Made by a program: the position numbers and the translations under genes. From Anaeramoeba ignava BMAN (lineage: Eukaryota > Protista > Anaeramoebae): 64,000 bases of DNA. Of this stretch, positions 54,253 to 64,000 are shown in pieces; the stretch's first letter is position 1, and every line of letters begins with the position of its first letter. The DNA lies in assembly GCA_028826165.1 (NCBI GenBank), contig JAPDFW010000127.1, positions 62,001-126,000 on the forward strand, read 5' to 3'. The notes under the pieces are model-generated. The model saw only the letters and a program-made list of their open reading frames with translations. It did no database searches and had not been told where the DNA came from.

Positions 54253-55390
54253 ATGCATTTAAATGATGTAATTAATCAAGTTGCACCATCAGCAATAAGA
54301 TTAAAATGTGTTTCACTTGGATTTCTATCAGTTTTTTATCTTTTAATTGCAATTTTCACATTTTATGTTTTATATTTGAATTTAAGAAGTTTCTTTCAAT
54401 TTTCAAGACTAAAAATCAAATATCGAACAGCTCTTCTTATCCTAATTTTCATATTCATGTTTTTGCGTTTTGTTCTTTTATTCTTTCCAATTCAATGGAA
54501 ATATCTTTTTGATCTATTATTTATTTGTTATGTTATTCCTTTATTTTTACAATTTTCAACGTAAATGATTTTTTTTTTTTTTTTAGTTTTGAGTTTTTTA
54601 ATCGACATAATAAAGAGGAATGAAAATTCCATCTTTTGAACCGTCGAGAAGACTAATATAGAAAACAAGATGTTCAAGTTTTTTTGTCTTTTTGTGGGTT
54701 TTATTGCTCTTACTAACTGCAATTTTTTTTTACTATTTAAATAGGTTTTTTATGTTAGTGATTTTTTTACTTGTGATGATATTTGCAGCAAAAGAAAAGA
54801 AAAAGGCGCAGCTTATAGCCCTTATCATATATATATGCGTAGATGTTGTGATATTTGTTTTACTGATTTTGGGTGTTGTTTATCAAATGTCACTTTCAAT
54901 CGAAGAATTTGATAATCGTACTTCAACATATGTTGCAATTTCTTATATTATTCTAATTATTGTTTTCATTTCTTTTCGGATCAAAATATCGCGGCAATTC
55001 TTCATCAAGTCTTTCCCAGAAGGAATCAAAAGATCCATCATTAAATTCATGACTTTAATCACGATATATTCAGTTATTTATTTTATTCGATCCATTTTTG
55101 GATTAGTTAGTGTTTTAGCAAATAAAAGCAGTTTCTATGAATTTCTCCATCTCGGAGACTCTTCGAATAAAGAGGCCTATTATGGTTTGTACGGCATCTT
55201 CATGTTCATGTTCGAAATATTGCCCGCTATTGTTCTTGTTTTTAGTTTTTATGGAAGTCTTCATTCAGAAAAAAAAGCATTTGATCAAAATCAAAATTCT
55301 GTTGATAAAATCGATCAATATAACAATATATCTTCGCCTGAATCTAATGAAGACAATTCAGAATCAAACGAGAACACTTATTTGAATTGA
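54253..55390 (+). CDS. 7TM protein, THH1/TOM1/GPR137-like
   Basis: Exons 54253-54560 and 54745-55390 are in frame; about 7 hydrophobic segments; FEILP motif in the last helix. Confidence 0.65.
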
Positions 55391-55539
55391 TTTCTACAGA
55401 TGAAAAAGATTTTTGTGTTATTTCTGCTTGTGAAATTTTTTAATAAAAACAAAATTTTTCAATTAAAAAAAATAAATTAAAAAAATTAAATTTTTCAAAA
55501 AATTTTTTTCATTTTTTTCATTTTAAATTTATTTTAATC

Positions 55540-56351
55540 ATGTCAATTACAAAGAATCCGCGATGTTTTTTTGATATAACGATCGGAGGCGATCCAGTAG
55601 GAAGAATAGTATTTGAATTATTTGCAAATATAGTTCCAACAACAGCAGAGAATTTTCGTGCTTTATGCACAGGTGAAAAAGGAATGGGAAAATCAAAAGC
55701 TCCTCTTCATTATAAAGGTTCTAAGTTTCATCGAATTATCCCCGATTTTATGATCCAAGGTGGTGATTTTACTCGCCATAATGGAACTGGTGGTGAAAGT
55801 ATTTATGGTTATCGTTTTGATGATGAAAATTTTAAAATTCAACATTCTGGTCCTGGTTTATTGAGTATGGCTAATGCTGGTAAAAATACTAATGGTTCTC
55901 AATTCTTTATTACTACCGTAAAAACTCCTTGGCTTGATGGGAAGCATGTTGTTTTTGGTCAAGTTATAGAAGGATATGATGTAATTCAAATAAAAATAAA
56001 ATTTAATTCAAATGAAATAAAATAAAAATTCAAAATTCGAATTTAATTTAATTCAATTTAATTCAAATAAAAATTCAATTTAATTCAAATAAAATAAAAA
56101 TTCAAAATTTAATTCAATTCAATTTAATTCAAATAAAATAAAAATTTAATTTAATTCAATTTAAAATTTAAAAATTAAAAAGGTTGTTACTGAAATTGAA
56201 AAACAAGGAACTCAATCAGGAAAACCAAAAGAAATTGTTTAAAATTTGAAAATTAAAAAGGTTAAAGATGAAAAATAAAAAAAAAAGGAATCAAAGGAAA
56301 ACTTAAAAGAAGATTGTTTAGTTGAAGAAATTGGAGAAATTAAACTTTTAA
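55540..56351 (+). CDS. CYPA: Cyclophilin A-type PPIase (3' end garbled)
   Basis: [55 protein letters not shown]; second exon from 56183. Confidence 0.95.
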
Positions 56352-56640
56352 AATTTACTTTCAATTTACTTTCAATTTACTTTCAAAATTTACTTTTAAA
56401 ATTTACTTTCGAATTTACTTTCAAATTTACTTTTAAATTTATTTCAAATTTACTTTTAAAATTTAATTAAAATTTACTTAAAATTTACTTAAAATTTACT
56501 TTTAAAATTTAATTAAAATTTAATTAAAATTCTTTTTAAAATTTAATTAAAATTCTTTTTAAAATTTCAAACTTTTATTGAAAAATTCTTTCTTCAATTC
56601 CATTCAAAAATGAAAAATTTCAAATGAAAAAAAAAAAAAA

Positions 56641-59055
56641 TCACTTCTCAAAATCAAATTGAGTTTGATCTTGAAAATCTTCATCCATATCAAAAATTTC
56701 TTTTGCATTTTCTTTTTTCAATTGATTTGATTTGTTATTCAAACGAATTTGAGAAGGAAAAGAAAAACCATAAGGAGTAGAAGAAGAACGTCTTCTTGTT
56801 CTTCTTTCAGACAAATTATCTTGAGGTTGAACATTTTGATCACAAACTGGAACAATTTTTTTTAAAAAAAAAGAATTGGAAGATCTTTTTTTTTGAAGAA
56901 TTGGATTATTTGCTAAAATTGTAGGATTTTGAGGTTTTTTTGGAACAAAATTTTTCTGAAACAATAAATTTGTTGATGTTTTTCTTTGTAATTGATTTGG
57001 TAAACTTGATGATAATGAAAGTGATATTGTTGCTAATGGTTTTGGATTTTTTTGAGCTGGTAAAGATTTTCTAACTGGTTTTTTGAACCGTTTCATTTTT
57101 GCTAATTCTCGAAATTTTGTGTGAAATCGATGTTTTTTTTGAGAGAGAAAAAATATCTTCAATTTTAATATTTCAACTTGTTTTTTTAAATCAATATTTG
57201 CCATTTTTAATCTTTTTGCTTCCGTTGAAATTTTTTCGTTTTCTTCAGATTCAATTTTTTCTTGATTTTTGTTTAATATTTGCAATTTTTTTTGTTTTTC
57301 TTCTGATATTTTCTTTTCAAGTTCTATTTTTTGAATTGAAAGTTCTCGTAATTGTTTTTGTAATTTATTCACAACATATTCTTGTTCTGCTTCAAGTTCA
57401 ATTTTTTCCATTAAAATTTTGTCTTTTTCAAATTTGTTAGTTTTTGTAAATTGTTTTTAAATATTCTTCTTCTGTTTGATTTTTCTTTTGAATATGAAAT
57501 TTTTCAAATGAAGGTCATGAACTTTTTCAAAAGTTTATTTTGATATATTTTCTTCTTGTTCTGAAATTTTCATCTTTTTAATTGAAAAATTTATATTAAA
57601 TTTATTATTTTTTAATATTTTTATTATTAATTTTTTATTTATTTTTATTATTTTATTATTAAGGAAATTAAAACCCATATTATTATTTTTTTAATTATTT
57701 TTTGTTCTTAATTTCAGACAAATTATCTTGAGGTTGAATTTATTATTAAATTTTATTATTAATTTTATTGGAAGATCTTTTTATTATTAATTTTATTATT
57801 ATTTTTATTATTATTAATTTTGAACAAAATTTTTCTGAAACAATAAATTCGTTGATGTTTTTCTTTGTAATTGATTTGGTAAACTTGATGATAATGAAAG
57901 TGATATTGTTGCTAATGGTTTTGGATTTTTTTGAGCTGGTAAAGATTTTCTAACTGGTTTTTTGAACCGTTTCATTTTTGCTAATTCTCGAAATTTTGTG
58001 TGAAATCGATGTTTTTTTTGAGAGAGAAAAAATATCTTCAATTTTAATATTTCAACTTGTTTTTTTAAATCAATATTTGCCATTTTTAATCTTTTTGCTT
58101 CCGTTGAAATTTTTTCGTTTTCTTCAGATTCAATTTTTTCTTGATTTTTGTTTAATATTTGCAATTTTTTTTGTTTTTCTTCTGATATTTTTCTTTTCAA
58201 GTTCTATTTTTGATTTTGATTATTAATTTTATTATTAATTTATTTTTGTAATTTATTATTAATTTTATATTCTTTTCTTATTTCAAGTTTTTCCATTTTA
58301 ATTTTGTCTTTTATTAAATTTATTATTAATTTTGAAATTGTTTTTAAATATTCTTCTTGTTTTATTATTTTTCTTTTGAATATTTGATTTTCTTCTTGAA
58401 GGTCATGAACTTTTTCATTATTGTTTTTTTTATTATTTTATTATTTAATTTTATTCTGATATTTTATTTTTTAATTGAAAAATTATTATTAATTTTATTA
58501 TTTTTATTATTATTATTATTAATTTTATTATTATTTTTATTATTATTTTTATTATTAATTTTATTATTAATTTTTATTATTAATTTTTATTATTAATTTT
58601 ATTATTAATTTTTATTATTAATTTTATTATTAATTTTTATTATTAATTTTATTATTAATTTTATTATTATTTTTATTAATTTTTATTATTAATTTTATTA
58701 TTAATTTTATTATTATTAAATTTATTATTAATTTTATTATTAAATTTATTATTAATTTTATTATTAATTTTATTATTAATTTTATTAATTTTATTATTAA
58801 TTTTATTATTAATTTTATTATTAATTTTATTATTAATTTTATTATTAATTTTATTATTAATTTTATTATTATTTTTTTTATTAATTTTAATTGAAAAATT
58901 TTTTTTTTTGCATTTTTGTTATTTTATATCATTTTAAAATAATTTACCAAATTAAAAGAGTGTTTTTGAAGGTTTGAAATTTTTTCACGTAAAACTTTGT
59001 TTAGTTTATTTTCTTCTTCAATTGCTTTTTGTAATTGTGCAATTTCTTTTTCCAT
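56641..59055 (-). CDS. CCDC6/DUF2046-like coiled-coil protein (intron contains a garbled duplicate)
   Basis: SEQEEEYI.NKLLK and LEAEQEYVVNKLQKQL repeats typical of CCDC6; ATG at 59055. Confidence 0.65.
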
Positions 59056-59199
59056 TGAATAACTCACAAAAAAAATAAAAGAAAATGAAAGAAAAAAATT
59101 GAGAAAAAAAAATAAAAAAATGAAAAAAAAATGAAAAAAATTTTTTATTCAAAATTGTTAAAAGAAAAAAAAGAAAAATTGTTTTCCTTTTTTTTCATC

Positions 59200-59766
59200 T
59201 TTTTAATCAAATAATGATTTTTGATCCCACATTTTTTCTAAAACAGAAACAACTGAAGATAAAGAAACTCTTTTTGAAAATGGATTTTCTTTTTTAATTT
59301 CTTTTCTTAATAAACTTAAATTTTCTTCTTCATTTTTTTCTTTTTCATTTAAATTTTCTTTATTTTGATGATAAGTCCACTCATTTCTAACCTTTTTAAA
59401 ATGCTCTAAACCTTTAAATATAAATACAAATGTTAATTTTGCATATTAAGCATTAAATTTAATTTTTCAGAAATAAAAACCTTTATTTTCAAAACTTAAA
59501 TCTTCTTGATCTGCAAAATTTTCAAAATTTTCAAAATTTGTTTTTGTTTTTGCTTTTGTTTTCGTTTTTGCTTTTGTTTTTGTTTTGAAATTTTTCGCTT
59601 TTTCTTTTTTTTCAGTTTGTTTTTTATTTTCTTGTTCAAAATGTGAAAAAGAATTATTTTCATAATTTGTTGGTTTTAATTGAGATAAAATATTGCAAAT
59701 AACTACCCAAAACCATTTCAATAATCCAGTTATTAAATTAATTATTTTTCTTTTTACAATTTTCAT
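59200..59766 (-). CDS. Small hypothetical protein, probably 2 exons
   Basis: 99-aa ORF with an N-terminal hydrophobic stretch and coding-like sequence downstream; no recognisable domain. Confidence 0.35.
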
Positions 59767-59828
59767 TTTATTCCAAAAAAATAAAAAAATAAAAAAATGA
59801 AAAAATGAAAAAATGAAAAAAATTGTTT

Positions 59829-61574
59829 TTAATCTTTTTTTGAAAAATTTTCACAAAAATCAATCAATTTTTCACATTCATTTCTTTCTGCAACTTTTAA
59901 AATTCTTCTAATATTGTTTTCATTAGCATTTCTAATAATTTCATCAATACAAAAATTATGTAGTTGATCTTTCGAATTAAGTCCATAATAATCACTTGCG
60001 GTTAATAATTCTAAACATTGATCAAAAGAGATTTGACTTGCTTCCCCTGAATAAAGAAACATCAATAAACATTTCACAGTTTCCAAATCATATCCACTTA
60101 GATCAGGTGCAATATCGGATGAATCTTTTGTTGAAAATTCAAATAAACCTTGATAAAGTGTTGTTCTGGCATACAAAATCTCTTTATGAACTGGCAAATA
60201 CTTTCCCTTAATTTCAATCCTAAAATTCGCACTTTCTTCATCTAAAAAAATCTTTTTCAAATCCTTTCCTAATTTATCTGGATTGTATTCACTTGAATCT
60301 TCAATGATATTGATTCCTAACTTTTCTGATAGTTCTATCAATTGTTCCATTTCTTCCATGGAAAGATTAGAAGGATCAAAAAATCCAAAGTAAATAAACC
60401 TCATCATATTTTCGAGAATTCTGAAAGGAAAAGTAGAAAAAATTTTTCTTAATTTTTCTAAAGAAATTTGATTTGGCAAACGTGCTTTTAAAATTCCTTT
60501 ATGAGCTCCTATTTTTAGATTCTCAAGTGAATCAAAAACAACATCTTGAAGTAATTCTGATTCAAGCAATTTCCTCATATCACTTTCTAATTCTGATTCT
60601 TGAAAAGAAAAACAATAGAGATCATTGAGATATTGAGTTTCATCAAATCCTCCAAAAAGAATCGTAATATCTTTTCCTGGAAGATACACAGTTGCTTGCC
60701 TTAATCTTGCGGATGGTTTTGGTTCAACAATTTCAATTTCTTTCCAAGTTTTCGAGAAAAAATCAAATTCAAAAAGATCTCCAAAAAACAAATCTCTTTC
60801 TATTGAAAAACCTGAAGTAATAATCATTTTGCTTTTCCGAACAAAACAAGAATGACCAAAACGAGAATGAGGCCAAATCTGAGCTGATCTTGGTGAAAAT
60901 TTTTCCCATCTTTGAGTTTTCAGATCCAAAATAAACAAAGAATCTGTTTCCATTTCATTTTCATTTTCAATTTCATTTTCGATTTCCATTGAATTTGAAC
61001 TAATTAATCCTCCAAAAACATAAAGTTTCTCCTGAAAAATAACAGCTGAATTTGAAGAAGATTTTGGAGCGAAACCTGAAGTTGTGATTTTATTCCATTG
61101 ATTTGTTTTGAAATTGAAATACACTAAATCATTTGAAAATCTCGGATGATCTTTCCAATAATCACCAACAACAATTAAGAAATCTTTATAAACAACTGCT
61201 GAATGATCAACAAACTCTACTGGAGAATCTGGGAGTTTCTGATAGCAATTCATAATTGGATCAAAAACAAAAAAACTTGTTCCACATTTTGTTGAATTTT
61301 CACAAATTCCTCCCAAAATATAAATTTTGTTTTCATAAACATTCATTGAATGAGCTGAACGATTCTTTGGGATTATTCTTGTTTGAGGAACAATAAATTC
61401 CCATTGATTTGAGCCAAAATTTAATCTGTGTAATGAATTCAATCTGTGATCAGAGCTTCTTCCTCCAAATAAAAATAATGTAGTTCCAATTACAATCATT
61501 GAATGATTACTTCTTTTTTCTGGTTGTGAAATGAGATCTGTTTCAATTTTTTTGATTTTAACTTTTTGATTCAT
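59829..61574 (-). CDS. Kelch-repeat plus tandem BTB protein (LZTR1-like)
   Basis: Six Kelch-like repeats (RSNHS..LFGG, RSAHS..ILGG, RFGHS..); two BTB domains (GAHKGILKAR, PVHKEILYART..F). Confidence 0.9.
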   Translation of the reverse strand: MNQKVKIKKIETDLISQPEKRSNHSMIVIGTTLFLFGGRSSDHRLNSLHRLNFGSNQWEFIVPQTRIIPKNRSAHSMNVYENKIYILGGICENSTKCGTSFFVFDPIMNCYQKLPDSPVEFVDHSAVVYKDFLIVVGDYWKDHPRFSNDLVYFNFKTNQWNKITTSGFAPKSSSNSAVIFQEKLYVFGGLISSNSMEIENEIENENEMETDSLFILDLKTQRWEKFSPRSAQIWPHSRFGHSCFVRKSKMIITSGFSIERDLFFGDLFEFDFFSKTWKEIEIVEPKPSARLRQATVYLPGKDITILFGGFDETQYLNDLYCFSFQESELESDMRKLLESELLQDVVFDSLENLKIGAHKGILKARLPNQISLEKLRKIFSTFPFRILENMMRFIYFGFFDPSNLSMEEMEQLIELSEKLGINIIEDSSEYNPDKLGKDLKKIFLDEESANFRIEIKGKYLPVHKEILYARTTLYQGLFEFSTKDSSDIAPDLSGYDLETVKCLLMFLYSGEASQISFDQCLELLTASDYYGLNSKDQLHNFCIDEIIRNANENNIRRILKVAERNECEKLIDFCENFSKKD

Positions 61575-61795
61575 TTTGAATTCCTTGTTTGTTTTTTCAA
61601 TAAAACTTTTTAAAAAAAAAATATCAAAAAAAAAATGATCAGAAAGAAAAAAAAAAATTTTTATTTAAAAAAAGATCAGAAAGAAAAAAAATTTTTTTTT
61701 TAAAAGAAAAATTAAAGGTTTTATTTTTGATTAATTGAAAGAAAAAAGAAAAGCGAAAAAGTAAAAAGATTTTCAAAATTTTTTCATTTTTTGTT

Positions 61796-64000
61796 TTAAT
61801 TATTTGAATTATTTGAATTATTTGAATTATTTGAATTATTTGTGAATTCAAAAGGAGAAACTGGAATAAAAGAATGGTCTTCTTCAAAAGCACTAACTAT
61901 ATCATTTGAGATTAAAAATGGATTTTTTTGATTTGGATTAGTTATGATAGATTTTTGAGGAATTTGTTGAATATTTTCATCCAATTCAGTTGGATCAAAG
62001 AAATTTCCAAGTGCAGCAAAAGCACTTTGAGAATCTTCTTGAATTTTTTCTTGTTCGTATGATTTAATTTCTGGCAATTTAAATTCTGTTTCTTGTTCTG
62101 TTTCTTTGATTGCAATTTCTGAAAATTTATAAAATAGTCTAAAAATGATTTCCCTTAAAATATGAGAAGAACATTTAAGAATATATTTATCCAAAACTAG
62201 TTTATCATTGTTTGTGTGACCTTTAACAAGATACAACTAAGAAAATAAAATTAAAATTAAAATTAAAATTAAATAAAATTAAAATTAAATAAAATTAAAA
62301 TTAAAATTAAAATTAAAATTAAAATTAGAATTTAAATTAAAATTAATATTAAAATTAAAATTAAAATTAATATTAAAATTAAAATTAAAATTAAAATTAA
62401 AATTAAAATTAAAATTAAAATTAAAAATAAAAATAAAATTAAAATTAAAATTAAAATTAAAATTAAAAATAAAATTAAAATTAAAATTAAAATTAAAATT
62501 AAAATTAATTTTCTTCTTATTTTTCTTATTTTACTTTTGTTGATTCATTTTCCCAAGAAAATAAAATTGGATCTTTTTCTGCTTGTGATAATGTTACAAA
62601 ATATGGATCAATTTGTAATAAACATCTTTTTTGAAATGAATCTTCTTCAATTTTTTCATTATCAATTAAAGAATCAATTTCAACTTCAAATGTAGCTTCT
62701 CCTCGATTTAAACATTTATTGATAATTCCATTTAATTCATCACCAACTTTTTATTTCCAAGAAATTTTAATTTTAATTTTGAATTTTAATATTAATTTTA
62801 TTTTAATTTTGATTTTTAAATTTAATTTTAATTTTAATTTTAATTTTAAATTTAATATTAATATTAATTTTATTTTAATTTTAATATTAATTTTAATTTT
62901 AATTTTAATTTTAATTTTAATTTTAATTTTAATTTTAATTTTAATTTTAATTTTAATTTTAATTTTAATTTTAATTTTAATTTTAATTTTATATTTTAAT
63001 TTTTAATTTTAATATTCTGTTTTTTAACTTTCAAAAATTGGTGTTTAATTAAAGTTGAATAACTGTTTTCTTTTTTCCAATTTTAAAAATTTTAATTTTA
63101 ATTTTAATTTTAATTTTAATTTTTAATTTTAATTTTAATTTTAATTTTAATTTTTAATTTTAATTTTAATTTTAATTTTAATTTTAATTTTAATTTTAAT
63201 TTTAATTTTAATTTTAATTTAATTTTAAATTTAATTTTATATTTAATTTTAAATTTAAATTAAAATTTCGATATTTATGAGAACATTTCAAAAAATTTTA
63301 ATTATAATATAAAATTTAATTTTATTTTTAATTTTAAACTTTCAAAAATTGGTAATTTTGTTTGAGATGTAAGAAGTTGAATAACTGTTTTCTTTTTAAA
63401 ATCCATATTTTACATCTAAAAATTTTAATTTTAATATTAATTTTAATTTTAATTTTAAATTTTAATTTTTAATTTTAATTTTAATTTTAATTTTAATTTT
63501 AATTTTAAATTTTAATTTTAATTATAATTTTAATTTTAATTTAAATTTTAATTTTAATTTTAAATTTTAATTTTGATTTTAATTTTAATTTTAAATTTAA
63601 TTTTGATTTTTAATTTTAATTTTAATTTTAATTTTATAAATGAATTTTAATTTTAATTTTAATTTTAATTTTAATTTTATAAATGAATTTTAATTTTAAT
63701 TTTAATTTTAATTTTAATTTTAATTTTAATTTTAATTTTAATTTTAATTTTGGTTTAATTTTAAATTTAATTTTAATTTTATAAATGAATTTTAATTTTA
63801 ATTTTAAATTTTAATTATAAAATAAATTTAGAAACTACATTAAGATTTTCATTAAATGATTTAGAAAAAAGAATATGTTTTCCAGATATCAAAGTAACAC
63901 CTAAACAATTTAAACGAAGAAATGATCTCAAAGTTGTGTCTTGAGACTGATTTAGTGAAAAAGTTTGAGATGGAATTTCCAATAAAGAAGGACCTGATGA
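61796..64000 (-). CDS. 3' part of a multi-exon hypothetical protein that extends beyond the window
   Basis: Coding-like exons ~64000-63839, ~63416-63340, ~62760-62535, 62236-61796, separated by AAAATT satellite introns. Confidence 0.5.

Noticed and set aside
57600-58450. Degenerate duplicate of the CCDC6-like exon
   Set aside because: Coding pieces are interleaved with the neighbouring satellite in a mosaic typical of consensus or polishing errors; needs raw reads.
18845-63006. ORFs of poly-IF, IL, NF, YQYL, LN and short antisense ORFs in the ORF track
   Set aside because: These are translations of satellites or shadows of real genes, with no independent coding evidence.

Overview
This is a very AT-rich, intron-rich eukaryotic window (GT-AG introns, many 55-115 nt, plus some satellite-filled long introns). 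The gene content and style suggest a free-living anaerobic protist such as Anaeramoeba; that is inference and was not checked. The main discovery is at 3716-8620 (- strand), where the ORF track shows almost nothing between 3716 and 6946. A RING + TKL-kinase gene continues into five ankyrin-repeat exons. These are separated by four arrays of exactly 3-nt, single-codon, phase-0 candidate microexons (3+11+10+8 = 32). Each reads (T/C/A)AG|NNN|GTAA, none is a stop codon, and together they encode 17 different amino acids. All fall in the ankyrin beta-hairpin ligand-binding loops, which suggests a splice-combinatorial, DARPin-like variable receptor kinase/E3. Also present: a convergent tandem RING-pseudokinase gene ending in a WASP GBD-like domain; a Sola2-type DNA transposon inside a casein kinase 1 intron, whose DDD transposase is spliced in-frame to a USP deubiquitinase domain; an RNF213-like giant AAA+/RZ-finger E3; and P5CR, MO25, Rab5-like, RasGEF, coronin-7, CENP-K-like, RING-H2, 7TM, cyclophilin, CCDC6-like and Kelch-BTB genes. 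Several homopolymer frameshifts and garbled duplications look like assembly artefacts.
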